Numbered from the stretch's first letter, positions 28,262-38,397 are shown. The stretch: 64,000 nucleotides of DNA from Oscillospiraceae bacterium (GCA_016286665.1 JAEETX010000004.1:2718-66717), one strand, 5' to 3'. Numbers and translations are program-made. The notes: generated by a model from the sequence alone, not told the origin.

Positions 28262-29647
28262 CTATTCGGGGTCGCCCGATACAGTCTGCCGTTTCGCTCC
28301 GATGACCGCTGCCAGAGCTTCCTGGATATTGCGCACTTCGATCAGGCGGAGTCCTTTCGGTACATTTCGCTGAACGCCTTTCCATTTCGGCACGATGCAG
28401 CAGTCAAAGCCGAGCCTGCGGACCTCGCTCAGCCGCTGCTCCATCCCGGACACGGTTCGGATCTCCCCTGTCAGCCCCACTTCCCCGATAGCCGCCGTTG
28501 TTTCTGGTATGACGCGCTCCGTGTAGCTGGAAGCGATGGCAAGGACTGCCGCCAGGTCGGCTCCGGGTTCGTCGAGCTCCAGGCCGTTAACGACGTTGAT
28601 ATAAGCGTCGCAGGCGCCGAGGCGCAGACCGCCCCGTTTTTCCAGGACTGCAAGCAGCAAAGTAGAACGATTAAAATTTAACCCATTGAAGCTTCTTCTT
28701 GGAATATTGGCGCTGGATTTTGTTATCAGAGCCTGGATTTCCGCCAGAATGGGGCGGCTGCCCTCCATCACGCAGGTGACGCAGGTCCCCGCGGCGCCGA
28801 CGGGCCGCCCGGCCAGGAGACTCTCCGAAGGATTCGGTATTTCTGCCAGGCCCTCGCCCCGCATCTCAAAGACGCCGATCTCATTGGTGGAGCCAAAGCG
28901 GTTCTTGACAGCCCGGAGGATGCGGTAACCGGCGCCGCCGTCACCCTCAAAATACAGGACGCAGTCCACCATATGTTCCAGCACCTTCGGACCGGCGATC
29001 GCGCCTTCTTTGTTCACGTGGCTGACGACGAAGACGGTGACGCCCTCGTCCTTGGCAAGGCGCATGAAGGCCATGGTGCAGTCCTTCACCTGGGGAACGC
29101 TGCCGGGCGAGGATTCCAGGGATGCGTGGTACATGGTTTGAATGGAATCCACGATCAGCACGTCGGGGCGGAATGCGGAGACAGACTCCAGAATCGCGTC
29201 CAGGTCGGTTTCGATCAGGACATAGAGCCTGTCCAGGTCACAGCCCAGGCGCTGCGCACGCAGCTTCAATTGACGGCCGGATTCCTCTCCGCTGATATAG
29301 AGGATCTTCTTTTCCGGCGGCAGGCTTCCGCAAAATTGCAGCAGCAGCGTGGACTTCCCTATTCCCGGAGCGCCGCCCACCAGCACGAGGGAACCGGTGA
29401 CCGCACCGCCGCCCAGCACGCGGTCCAGCTCGCCGATACCGGTGGAAAACCGGACTTCCTCCTCCGATTCCATCTGCGAAAGCTTTTCCGGCATCCGGGC
29501 GGCGACGAAAGCGGAGGGACTGTTCTTTCCCGTATCTTTATGCTCGACGATGGTATTCCACGCGCCGCAGGAAGGGCACCTCCCCTGCCATTTCACCGTC
29601 TCATTTCCGCATTCCGTGCAGTAAAACACGCTTTTAGCCTTTGCCAT
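28262..29647 (-). CDS. radA: DNA repair protein RadA/Sms
   Basis: Zinc finger CTECG...CPSCGAW, Walker A GGAPGIGKST, a KNRFG motif and a Lon-like C-domain. Confidence 0.96.
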   Translation of the reverse strand: MAKAKSVFYCTECGNETVKWQGRCPSCGAWNTIVEHKDTGKNSPSAFVAARMPEKLSQMESEEEVRFSTGIGELDRVLGGGAVTGSLVLVGGAPGIGKSTLLLQFCGSLPPEKKILYISGEESGRQLKLRAQRLGCDLDRLYVLIETDLDAILESVSAFRPDVLIVDSIQTMYHASLESSPGSVPQVKDCTMAFMRLAKDEGVTVFVVSHVNKEGAIAGPKVLEHMVDCVLYFEGDGGAGYRILRAVKNRFGSTNEIGVFEMRGEGLAEIPNPSESLLAGRPVGAAGTCVTCVMEGSRPILAEIQALITKSSANIPRRSFNGLNFNRSTLLLAVLEKRGGLRLGACDAYINVVNGLELDEPGADLAAVLAIASSYTERVIPETTAAIGEVGLTGEIRTVSGMEQRLSEVRRLGFDCCIVPKWKGVQRNVPKGLRLIEVRNIQEALAAVIGAKRQTVSGDPE

Positions 29648-30365
29648 AGTGCGCCTCCAGCTCCTGATAGTGATGGATGCAGCCGGCGGTCAGTGCAAGC
29701 GCCAGCTTGGTGCGGTATTCGTCGCTTCGCAACAGGGACAGTTCCTCCGGATTGGACAGGAAGCCGCATTCCACCAGAATGGCCGGGCAGTTTGCCTGAC
29801 GCATAAGGTAAATATCCTCCGATACCGGCGCAGCCTTGCGGTGATCGCCGCATAAGAGTGCAAGATTTGCCTGCATTTCCTTTGCAAAGGCTTCGCTGCC
29901 GGAAACGCTGCTGTAAAATACCTGGGCCCCTCTGGGTCCGGAAGAAGTATAGTTGTTTTGATGGATGCTCAGCAGCACGCCGCGATCCGTGCCGCGGATC
30001 AAAGCGGCTCTGTATTCCTGGTCCGCCCGCTTGCGCTGCCGGGTGGTTTCCGCATAATCGGGATAAGCGATATCGTCGCTGTCTCTTGTCAGGCGGGTGG
30101 GGATCCCGCAAAGCCCCAGCAGCTGGTCCGTCCTGAGAGCGATCGCCAGGTTTACATCGCTTTCCTTCAGCCCGTCCGCAGCGACGGCGCCTCCGTCTTC
30201 CCCACCGTGCCCCGCGTCAATGATCATCACCACGCAATCACCCCGGTCAGTCCGGAACACACGGCGCGACAGGGGAAAGCAGAAAAACGCCCAGGCGATC
30301 AGCATGATCGCGGCAGCCAGCGTCACAAGACGAAATTTCAAGAACAGTCCCTCCCCTCCCTGCAT
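29634..30365 (-). CDS. cwlD: N-acetylmuramoyl-L-alanine amidase (Amidase_3), CwlD-like
   Basis: N-terminal TM, then IDAGHGGEDGGA, LLSIHQN and ILVECGFLSN. Confidence 0.75.
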   Translation of the reverse strand: MQGGEGLFLKFRLVTLAAAIMLIAWAFFCFPLSRRVFRTDRGDCVVMIIDAGHGGEDGGAVAADGLKESDVNLAIALRTDQLLGLCGIPTRLTRDSDDIAYPDYAETTRQRKRADQEYRAALIRGTDRGVLLSIHQNNYTSSGPRGAQVFYSSVSGSEAFAKEMQANLALLCGDHRKAAPVSEDIYLMRQANCPAILVECGFLSNPEELSLLRSDEYRTKLALALTAGCIHHYQELEAHYGKG

Positions 30366-30386
30366 CCTATGGGAAGGGAGACCGGC

Positions 30387-30971
30387 TTATGACCTGCGCG
30401 ACTTCTCCTTCTTCTGCTCCTTCGGCATTTTGTAAACAAAGATATTGGCGAGATAGATGCCCCGGTATCCCAGATGATACGCGCCGGTTGCAAGGATCAG
30501 CGGCAGCAGCAGCGGCAGGAAATAGACAAACGGAAAGGAATCCTTGCATCTGGCCAGAAGCCAGGAGGCATAGAAATAAAAGACGCTGAAAATGGAACGT
30601 CCCCAATCCCGCGTGGAAGGGATCACGGCAAACAAGGCGAGAAGGAAGCCGGGGATCTGACTGCAGGCGGCAGCAATCAGAGGCTTCCATTTATTGTATG
30701 TGATATGATGGTAGAGCACCTGATTGTAGTCCCGCTGTCCGATGCGCCAGCACTGGACATAGACATAGACCAGGTAGAACAGGAGACAGGCGACGGTGAC
30801 CGCCGCATTGTAAAGCCCGTCCGGCTGGTGGATGCCGATCAGCTGCAGATTGTCTACCAGGAAATAGACCACCAGCATGATCAGGATACTCATTACATGA
30901 GCATAAAAAATCCGGCAGGCAAAACGGAAGATCGTGGTCTTGCCGGAATCCTCAACTCTTCGCTTGAACAT
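30387..30971 (-). CDS. Hypothetical integral membrane protein
   Basis: ATG at 30971 lies 6 nt after AGGAGG (the track ORF extends to 31034). About five hydrophobic helices and no recognisable motif. Confidence 0.5.
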   Translation of the reverse strand: MFKRRVEDSGKTTIFRFACRIFYAHVMSILIMLVVYFLVDNLQLIGIHQPDGLYNAAVTVACLLFYLVYVYVQCWRIGQRDYNQVLYHHITYNKWKPLIAAACSQIPGFLLALFAVIPSTRDWGRSIFSVFYFYASWLLARCKDSFPFVYFLPLLLPLILATGAYHLGYRGIYLANIFVYKMPKEQKKEKSRRS

Positions 30972-31090
30972 GGGGCGCCTCCTGAGCTTGTTTCTGACAA
31001 AGCTCATTATAGCATAGCCCGTTGCAAATTTCAAAAAATGTTATATAATAAAATGAAATCAACCACGATACAGAAAGGAACCTGCCGAAG

Positions 31091-31645
31091 ATGGATATGG
31101 CCATGCTGCGCGAAGAAGCGCTCGGGATCGGATTCACCCTTGCCGAACCGATGAAGGTGGAAACCATTAAGCTTCGTGAAGAAGTGCGGGAAATGTGCGC
31201 CGTCAACAAATGCCACGCCTATAACACCAATTGGAGCTGCCCGCCGAACTGCGGAACGATCGCGGAATGCCAGGAACGGGTAAACCGATATGAGGCCGGC
31301 CTGATCGTCGAGACGACGGGTCAGTTGGAGGATGATTTCGATTTTGAGACGATGGAGGAAACGGCGAAGATACATTCGGCGCATTTTGTGGAATTCCTGA
31401 AAAAGCTTCGGAAAGAGCACAAGGAGCTGGAGGTGCTTCCGCTGGGTGCGGGTGAATGCACACATTGTCAGAAATGCACCTTTCCCGACGCGCCATGCCG
31501 CTTCCCCGATCTCATGAGCAGCCCCATGGAAGGATACGGTATGGTCATCAGCGACGTGTGCAAGGACAACAACATCCTGTATAACCACGGACGGGGCACG
31601 CTTACTTATGTGGGCTGCTACCTGTTCCGGGAGGTGACGAAATGA
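31091..31645 (+). CDS. DUF2284-family Cys-rich metal-binding protein
   Basis: Cysteine pattern CAVNKCHAYNTNWSCPPNCG...CTHCQKC...C, typical of DUF2284. Confidence 0.7.
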   Translation: MDMAMLREEALGIGFTLAEPMKVETIKLREEVREMCAVNKCHAYNTNWSCPPNCGTIAECQERVNRYEAGLIVETTGQLEDDFDFETMEETAKIHSAHFVEFLKKLRKEHKELEVLPLGAGECTHCQKCTFPDAPCRFPDLMSSPMEGYGMVISDVCKDNNILYNHGRGTLTYVGCYLFREVTK

Positions 31646-33432
31646 AGGTAACGTTTTTGCCCTCCGGTCTTGTTTTTGAAGCCAGCGCCGGCATGTCCAT
31701 CATGGACGCCATCCGCGCGTGCGACCTCAAGCTGGACGCGCCCTGCGGCGGCAACGGGACCTGCAAGAAGTGCAAGGTCATGGTCACGGATGACGGCGGC
31801 GAGCGTGAGGTCCTGGCCTGCATGACCAAAATCACGGGAGATATCACGGTGGATATTTCCCGCAAGGACGAGGGACACCGCATCCTCATGGGCGGCATCA
31901 CGCGGGAAGTCGCGCCTACGCCCGCCGTCAGGGTCTACACGCTGGAGATCCCGAAGCCCAGCACCGCCGATCTTCGGGATTCCTGGCTGCGGCTGACGGA
32001 CGCGCTTTCCGAAGCTGCGCGTGTTGAAAAGGGCTTTTTCAAGCCCAATCTTCGCGTTATTTCCAAGCTCTACAACACGCTGGAGGAAAACGCCTATCGC
32101 GTGGATGCGATCGTCTGCGCCGATGAGATCCTGGATGTGGTGAGCGTCGGCTCCCCGGTGCTTGGCCTGGCTTACGATATCGGCACGACGACGGTCGCCT
32201 GCTATTTTGCCGATCTGCGCAGCGGCGAACAGATCGCACAGGCCAGCCTGCTGAATCCGCAGACGACCTATGGCGGTGACGTGATCATGCGGGTCAAATA
32301 CTGCGTTGAGAACGGAATGGAGGGTCCCACCGGGGATATCCGCAAGGCGCTGAACCAGCTTGCGGCCAATTGCGCCGCTTCCGCAAAGCAGAAGATGAAA
32401 AACATCTATCTGATCACCGTCGTCGGCAATACCTGTATGCATCACCTGTTTTTGGGCATTTCTCCCGCTTCCCTGGCTTATGCGCCCTACACGCCTGCCG
32501 CAGCGGAGCCTATGCAGCTTGCGGCTTCCGAATTCGGCTTCACGGTGAATCCCTCTGCGAAGCTCTATATGCTGCCCAATATTGCCGGCTTTGTCGGCGC
32601 GGATACCGTCGGCGCGGCCCTGGCCGCTTCCATGGACGAGAAGAAGCAGATCACGCTGCTGATCGATATCGGCACCAACGGCGAAATGGTCCTGGGGACG
32701 GAAAAACGCCTCATTGCCTGCAGCACGGCAGCCGGCCCCGCTTTTGAAGGCGCGCTCATCACCTGCGGCATGCGCGGCGCGGAGGGCGCCATCGACCACG
32801 TGAGTCTGAAAGACGGAAAATATACCTACAGCGTGATCGGCGGCGGAAAACCGATCGGCATCTGCGGCAGCGGCCTGATCGACCTGATGAGCGAGCTTGT
32901 ACGCGCCGGACTGGTGGAATCCGCCGGACGGCTGCTTCCCCCCGAGGAGATCGAAACCCCGGAGGGGCTGCTGCTGAAGGACAGGATCACCGAATATGAG
33001 GGACAGCGCGCGTTCCTCCTGGCAGACGCGGCTTCCTCCGGCACCGGGGAGGCGCTTGTCTTCACGCAGAAGGATGTGCGGGAAGTGCAGCTGGCCAAAG
33101 GCGCTATGGCCGCGGGCATCCAGATGATGTGCAGCCGCTTGGGCATCGTCACCGGCGACATTCAGAGTGTGATGATCGCCGGCGCTTTCGGCAGCTACAT
33201 GTCCCCTGCCAGCGCCTGCGGCATCGGCCTGATCCCGCCTGAGCTGGAGGAGAAGGTCATGGCCATCGGCAATGCCGCCGGGCAGGGCGCCAGGCTCTGT
33301 GTGCTGAGCATCGACGAGTACCGGCGGGCGGCTGTGCTGGCGAAAAGGATCGAATATCTGGAACTGGCGGCCGATCCCCAATTCCAGGACGTCTTTGTGG
33401 ACGAGCTGGAATTCCCCGGAGAGGACGAATAA
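31642..33432 (+). CDS. 2Fe-2S ferredoxin plus ASKHA-fold (DUF4445) protein, RACo-like corrinoid reductive activase
   Basis: N-terminus C..GNGTCKKCKV...C, then DIGTTTV and DIGTNGE ASKHA phosphate motifs. The start overlaps the upstream stop (ATGA). Confidence 0.75.
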   Translation: MKVTFLPSGLVFEASAGMSIMDAIRACDLKLDAPCGGNGTCKKCKVMVTDDGGEREVLACMTKITGDITVDISRKDEGHRILMGGITREVAPTPAVRVYTLEIPKPSTADLRDSWLRLTDALSEAARVEKGFFKPNLRVISKLYNTLEENAYRVDAIVCADEILDVVSVGSPVLGLAYDIGTTTVACYFADLRSGEQIAQASLLNPQTTYGGDVIMRVKYCVENGMEGPTGDIRKALNQLAANCAASAKQKMKNIYLITVVGNTCMHHLFLGISPASLAYAPYTPAAAEPMQLAASEFGFTVNPSAKLYMLPNIAGFVGADTVGAALAASMDEKKQITLLIDIGTNGEMVLGTEKRLIACSTAAGPAFEGALITCGMRGAEGAIDHVSLKDGKYTYSVIGGGKPIGICGSGLIDLMSELVRAGLVESAGRLLPPEEIETPEGLLLKDRITEYEGQRAFLLADAASSGTGEALVFTQKDVREVQLAKGAMAAGIQMMCSRLGIVTGDIQSVMIAGAFGSYMSPASACGIGLIPPELEEKVMAIGNAAGQGARLCVLSIDEYRRAAVLAKRIEYLELAADPQFQDVFVDELEFPGEDE

Positions 33433-33437
33433 GGAAA

Positions 33438-33461
33438 AGAGGCTGCCTTTCGGCAGCCTCT
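33438..33461. terminator. Bidirectional hairpin terminator
   Basis: Stem agaggctgcc / ggcagcctct with loop tttc. Confidence 0.75.
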
Positions 33462-33471
33462 CCGGCAGACG

Positions 33472-34293
33472 TCAGGTCTGCGCCCCCTGCGCCGCCGCTT
33501 CCCGATAGGTCTCGCAGTTCTGCAGAGTATCGGGCGGGAAGAATTCGTCCACGGGAAAGCGTATCCGTTTGAACAGCTCATAGGGATCGTCTCCGGTTCC
33601 GGCGGTGCAGCCCTTTTCCGGCAGACAGTAATCGTAAGCCGGGATCAGTATCTGGGAATCCCGCTCCAGCCGGATCATGCTGAACTGCCCCAGGGTCACA
33701 TAGACCCGTTTCGTGTCGCCTGTGAAGCACAAACCATCCGGAAATGCGCCTTTGATGAAATCCGGTATCTCCTTCTGGTCGAATTCCCCCGTATGCGCTT
33801 CGCTTACATCCGCCAAACGGATGTTGAGGATGATGGGGTCCACCGCGTCCACGACGGCGACCGGCAGACGCACGCAGTTGAGCTGCGCGCAGGAATCGGA
33901 GGAGAACACCTTGGCGTTCCCTTCGCTTCCGAACAGCAGCACCCGCTTATCACAGACGCAGAGGCCGGTAATGGCGCTGCTCCCGGCGGTGATGCTGTAG
34001 GCTTCGCCCCGGATGCGGTAGAAGAAGCGAACGTCTACGGTATAGTATCCGCGGTTGAAAGCCGCTTCCTCCACCGCGATGCCTGCATGCAGCAGCTCCA
34101 CGGATTTTGCCCGGATGCCGATGGCCGCGGCGATGGCCGCCTGGGACGAGACGTCGGGATACAGGCGCAGGTCCTCCAGGCAATCCTTATCACGGCAGGA
34201 ATCATAGATTTTCTTTGTATGGACGCTCACGGCTTCCCGGATCGCGGCTGCGTGATCGACAGGTCCCGGTTTTACTCTGTCCGCCATAGACAT
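33472..34293 (-). CDS. Hypothetical Cys-containing protein (273 aa)
   Basis: Clean ORF with an SD (AGGAGG). N-terminus KKIYDSCRDKDCLEDL. I recognise no family. Confidence 0.55.
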   Translation of the reverse strand: MSMADRVKPGPVDHAAAIREAVSVHTKKIYDSCRDKDCLEDLRLYPDVSSQAAIAAAIGIRAKSVELLHAGIAVEEAAFNRGYYTVDVRFFYRIRGEAYSITAGSSAITGLCVCDKRVLLFGSEGNAKVFSSDSCAQLNCVRLPVAVVDAVDPIILNIRLADVSEAHTGEFDQKEIPDFIKGAFPDGLCFTGDTKRVYVTLGQFSMIRLERDSQILIPAYDYCLPEKGCTAGTGDDPYELFKRIRFPVDEFFPPDTLQNCETYREAAAQGAQT

Positions 34294-34386
34294 ACCTCCT
34301 GACAGGATGATTTCAATATCAGTCTATGCCGGTAGGTCCCGTTTGTGACGGTTTGGGCGGACGATAACGAATCAGAGGTGATCAGT

Positions 34387-34917
34387 GTGGATAATTACGG
34401 ATTCATCAGGCAGAAAATCGACATCAAGGTCCTTATCCTCTATATCCTGAAAAGGCTTCCCGCTCCTGTGTCGCAGAATATGCTCACGGAGCTTACCCTG
34501 ATTGACAACGCCACCAATTACTTTGACTACATCGAGTGCCTGACGGAGCTGGAGGAAAACGACCTGATCATCCTTGCGCAGGACAAGTACAGCATCACCC
34601 CCAAGGGCATCCGTACCGCATCCGAGATGGAGAGCAGTCTCCCCTACACCGTCCGGATCAAAGCAGCCTCCGGCGCGGAACGGGCGGCCAAGATACTGGC
34701 GCGTGAAGCCATGATCAAGACCTCCCATCGTGAAAAACCGGAGGGTGGGTTTACCGTCAGCCTCTCCCTTTCGGACGGGCTGGGAGAAATGCTGCATCTG
34801 GATATCCTGGCCGGCAGCGACCAACAGGCCTCGGAAATGGAAAACCGCTTCCGCAAAAACGCGGAATCCCTCTATCTCCGCATTGCAGGGATACTGACCG
34901 GGGAGCCGGAGGCGTAA
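34387..34917 (+). CDS. DUF4364-family protein
   Basis: GTG at 34387 lies 6 nt after AGAGGTG (the track ORF starts at 34345). IKVLILYILKRLPAPVSQNMLTEL...NYFDYIECLTELEENDLI resembles DUF4364. Confidence 0.6.
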   Translation: MDNYGFIRQKIDIKVLILYILKRLPAPVSQNMLTELTLIDNATNYFDYIECLTELEENDLIILAQDKYSITPKGIRTASEMESSLPYTVRIKAASGAERAAKILAREAMIKTSHREKPEGGFTVSLSLSDGLGEMLHLDILAGSDQQASEMENRFRKNAESLYLRIAGILTGEPEA

Positions 34918-34941
34918 TACCTGGTATTTCCAATTATAAAT

Positions 34942-34973
34942 CAGCTCCCGCTTCGATGACCGAAGCGGGAGCT
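34942..34973. terminator. Bidirectional hairpin terminator
   Basis: 14-bp stem cagctcccgcttcg / cgaagcgggagctg. Confidence 0.8.
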
Positions 34974-35017
34974 GTTCATCTCGGATCAGGCTTCAGCGAT
35001 CCGTGCCCCTCACTCTT

Positions 35018-35911
35018 TTACACCAGGTAGGGGCAGGGATCCGTAAAAAAATGCTCGTCAACCTCTTCCGGAGAAGCGTATTTACCGATCATGACGAAGA
35101 TTTCGCTGTCCTTGCCTTCGTGGGTGGCGGTGCCGTAGCCGCGGCCGACGCTGTACATCCGGTTCCAGTTGTCCAGGAAGCAGAGGGTATCGCTGCGGAA
35201 GCCCATCTTGTCGCCCAGGATTTTCTCCATGTTCTGCTCGGTGCAGCTCACGAGATACATGCCTTCCTTGATCTTCACATAGAAGCAGGGTTCATCGGGA
35301 CCGGGCAGCAGATTGGTGACGGCGTTGTTGAGATTCTCCGTGGACACCGGCTCCTCGGGCTTGGATTTGTCGCGCGGATAGGTGATCCGATACCAGTTGG
35401 AGCTGTAATAGACATGAACGGTGGCGAGCTTGTGACCGTAGGTCCACTTGACGCAGGTGCCGGTCACATCGTCGGTGAAGCCGTGGCGGCGGCGGTCCGT
35501 GTGCTCCTTCCCTTCCTCGAAGATATAGCCGAAGGTCCAGTGGCTTTCGATCAGGTAGGGGTAATAGGGATTCTCGCCCAGGGGGCAGCGCAGGAAGGTC
35601 ACCAGGCCCTGCTCCTTGTCGATGACAAACGTGTGGTTCTCTCTGGGGTCCTGCAGGCAGTAGGTCACGAGATAGGTCCAGTCGTCGCTCTTGCGGCATT
35701 CATAGTTGGCCTCGCCGCTGCGCTTGCCGTTCTGAACGCTGAACTGCACCTTGGTCTCATCCACGAAGTTCAGAACGATATCGCCGGTCTCCTCGCCGGT
35801 GTCCATGATAAAGCGGAACTCTTTTCCCGCAAGCTCAAAGCAGCGGGGCGGGCAATACTGGCCGATGGAAAGGCCGGCTGCAATGGAATCGTACTTTTCG
35901 GAAAGGTTCAT
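35018..35911 (-). CDS. MoaF-like (calycin/lipocalin-fold) protein
   Basis: ATG at 35911 follows AAGGAGGAG. ELAGKEFRFIMDTGEETGDIVLNFVDETKVQF resembles the MoaF N-domain. This assignment is from memory only. Confidence 0.4.
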   Translation of the reverse strand: MNLSEKYDSIAAGLSIGQYCPPRCFELAGKEFRFIMDTGEETGDIVLNFVDETKVQFSVQNGKRSGEANYECRKSDDWTYLVTYCLQDPRENHTFVIDKEQGLVTFLRCPLGENPYYPYLIESHWTFGYIFEEGKEHTDRRRHGFTDDVTGTCVKWTYGHKLATVHVYYSSNWYRITYPRDKSKPEEPVSTENLNNAVTNLLPGPDEPCFYVKIKEGMYLVSCTEQNMEKILGDKMGFRSDTLCFLDNWNRMYSVGRGYGTATHEGKDSEIFVMIGKYASPEEVDEHFFTDPCPYLV

Positions 35912-36105
35912 GGATACTCCTCCTTTTTTCATTTTTTCTGATTCAAGATTACCTTATTACAAAGAGAAAGTCAATGCAATCTTCCCTTTCCCCCGCCAAA
36001 ATTTCAATAGCTAGATATGTAGTATGCGCTTGATTTCAACCTGTATGCTTGATATAATAATGAAAACCAAATCATCAAAGAATCAATATTAAAGGATTAA
36101 GCGTC

Positions 36106-37581
36106 ATGAGCAATGAAGAACGGCTTCTGCGGGCAGCCGAGCGCAGAGACCTGACCCAGGGGCCGATTACAAAGAAGATACTTCTTTTTTCCCTTCCCAT
36201 CATTTTCGGCAATCTGTTTCAGCAGCTTTATAATGTAGTCGACTCCGTTGTCGTAGGCAATTTCGCTGCCGACGGCACCCATTGCCTTGCGGCCGTCAAT
36301 GCCAGCTTCGCCATCATGATGGTATTCAACGCCCTGTATATGGGCGTCAGTATGGGCGCCAACATCGTCATTTCCCAGTATAAAGGCGCCAAGGACGCCA
36401 AGAAGCTGGAAGAATCCATGACCACCACTTTCCTGATCAGTATGCTGGCGGGCCTTTTTATCACGGTGGTCGGTTTTATCTGCGCAAAGCCCATGCTGCG
36501 GATGCTGGGTACGCCGGCGGATATACTGGACGACGCGGCGCTGTATATTCGCATCATTTTCGCCGGGACCTGCGGAAACGTGGTCTACAACAATATGAAC
36601 GGCATGGTTCAGGGCCTGGGTGACGCCAAATGGCCCATGTATGCCCTGATCATCTCCAGCATCGCCAACATTCTGCTGGACCTGCTCTTTGTATGCGCGT
36701 TCCATTGGGATGTGGCTGGCGTCGCCTTGGCTACCATCCTCGCCCACATCCTCAGCGGCTGCCTGATGCTCCGCCGTCAGTCTACCGGCGTTTACGGCGC
36801 GAAGATCAATTTCCGGCATCTGCGGATCGACGGCGGCATTGCCAAGCATATCCTTCGTCTGGGTCTCCCCTCCGCGCTGCAGAACATGTGCTTTGCCGGC
36901 GGCAGCCTCATTATCCAGACCTTTTCCAACCGTTTCGGAACGGAATTCATCGCGGCGAATTCCATGCTGATGAAGATCGACGGATTTGTGCTGCTGCCCA
37001 TGATGGGTTTCGGAACGGCCATCACCACCTTCGTCGGGCAGAACATCGGCGCCGGGGATGTGGAGCGCACCAACAAGGGGATCCATTCCGCGCTGCTGTT
37101 ATCCGCGGGCGTAACGGTTTTCCTCTCCGTCATCCTTTATTTTACCTGTTCGTCCATCACCCTGATCTTCGGCGCGAATGCGAATTCCCGCCATATGGCT
37201 GCGCAGGGCATTCGGTTCGTGTGTTTCTTCTATGTCTTTTATTCGTTTCAGAATACGCTTTCCGGCGCTCTCCGCGGCGCAGGAGCCGCCCTTACCAGCG
37301 CCCTCTGCTCCATCGGATCCACGTTGGTCCGCGTGCCCCTCAGCTGGCTCCTGGCCGCGCTGCCTCTGAACCGGGCGTTGGACGCCGCCGTAGCGGCGGG
37401 GCAATTCGCGGACCGTGCTGCCGCAGAGGCCGCCAAGGTGGGCTTTGAACACTATATCGGTATCTTTCAGACCTGGGGATGGTCCATGCTGGCGGGCTTG
37501 CTGCTCATTCTTCCCTGCTATCTGTTCGGACGATGGCGTGAGAAGGGCGTGACGGAACAGGCAAAAAGCATCGGAAAGTAA
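36106..37581 (+). CDS. MATE-family efflux transporter
   Basis: N-terminus GPITKKILLFSLPIIFGNLFQQLYNVVDSVVVG and 12 TM segments. Confidence 0.9.
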   Translation: MSNEERLLRAAERRDLTQGPITKKILLFSLPIIFGNLFQQLYNVVDSVVVGNFAADGTHCLAAVNASFAIMMVFNALYMGVSMGANIVISQYKGAKDAKKLEESMTTTFLISMLAGLFITVVGFICAKPMLRMLGTPADILDDAALYIRIIFAGTCGNVVYNNMNGMVQGLGDAKWPMYALIISSIANILLDLLFVCAFHWDVAGVALATILAHILSGCLMLRRQSTGVYGAKINFRHLRIDGGIAKHILRLGLPSALQNMCFAGGSLIIQTFSNRFGTEFIAANSMLMKIDGFVLLPMMGFGTAITTFVGQNIGAGDVERTNKGIHSALLLSAGVTVFLSVILYFTCSSITLIFGANANSRHMAAQGIRFVCFFYVFYSFQNTLSGALRGAGAALTSALCSIGSTLVRVPLSWLLAALPLNRALDAAVAAGQFADRAAAEAAKVGFEHYIGIFQTWGWSMLAGLLLILPCYLFGRWREKGVTEQAKSIGK

Positions 37582-37603
37582 AACATGTATCAGAAAGTAA
37601 CCA

Positions 37604-37629
37604 AGGGGCCTGCCGGCGGGCAGGCCCCT
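37604..37629. terminator. Bidirectional hairpin terminator
   Basis: Stem aggggcctgcc / ggcaggcccct. Confidence 0.8.
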
Positions 37630-37649
37630 CTTTCAATGAAATTCTTAAA

Positions 37650-38306
37650 TCAATAGAGCTTGGCGTCCTTCTTGTCGATCGTCTTCGGCTCGGAAGGCTT
37701 GTAATCGTAGCAATCCACGCGAGCCGTGACGATATAGATCTCGTCTCTCGGATAGTTGTTGGCGTCCACATCCATCTTGGAAATGGCGACGATGTCGTCC
37801 ATCCCGGAGATGACCTTCCCAAAGGCGGCGTAGTAACCGTCCATGGTTTCCTTCGGCTCCAGCATAATGAAAAACTGACTGCTGGCGGTATCAAAGAACT
37901 TCTTCGACTCGTTTTCGTCGCTGAGACGGGCCATTCCCACGATCCCTTTGGCAAAGGTCAGATCGCCCTTGGCGTAGTTGTTGGCGGTAAACTCCCCTTT
38001 GATGTAGTAACCCGCGTCCGTCGCATCGCTGTCGGCGGGCATTCCCATCTGAACGAGCACATATTCCATGATCCTGTGAACGGTGCTTCCGTCATAAAAC
38101 CCGGAATTGCAGAGCTTGATAAAGTTGTTCACCGTGTTGGGGCATTTATCGGGATACAGGCGGATGCGCACCTCGCTGCCGTTGGAAAAAACGATGGTAC
38201 AGATCGGTTTTCGCTCGCCGATCACGACGCAGCCGCCGAATGCAGCCGTCATCATGGCAGCGAGGAGCAAAAGGGCTGCCAGCCTCAGAAATGTTTTTTT
38301 CATCAT
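37650..38306 (-). CDS. Cyclophilin-type peptidyl-prolyl cis-trans isomerase, lipoprotein
   Basis: Start MMKKTFLRLAALLLLAAMMTAAFGGC has a lipobox. Also NFIKLCNSGFYDGSTVHRI and the FFIML motif. Confidence 0.88.
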   Translation of the reverse strand: MMKKTFLRLAALLLLAAMMTAAFGGCVVIGERKPICTIVFSNGSEVRIRLYPDKCPNTVNNFIKLCNSGFYDGSTVHRIMEYVLVQMGMPADSDATDAGYYIKGEFTANNYAKGDLTFAKGIVGMARLSDENESKKFFDTASSQFFIMLEPKETMDGYYAAFGKVISGMDDIVAISKMDVDANNYPRDEIYIVTARVDCYDYKPSEPKTIDKKDAKLY

Positions 38307-38397
38307 TGCGGAACCTCCGGGGAAATCTGCGTTCTTTCTGCTCAAACTTATACCATAACGCCGCAGAAAAAGCAACTTTTGAAATGCAAAATCACTA

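Noticed and set aside
27804-28385. A 193-aa version of the dUTPase ORF with a 51-aa N-terminal extension.
   Set aside because: The extension overlaps the 3' end of radA, is Arg/Ser/Gly-rich and has no SD. The internal ATG at 28232 gives a normal-length dUTPase starting right after the radA stop.
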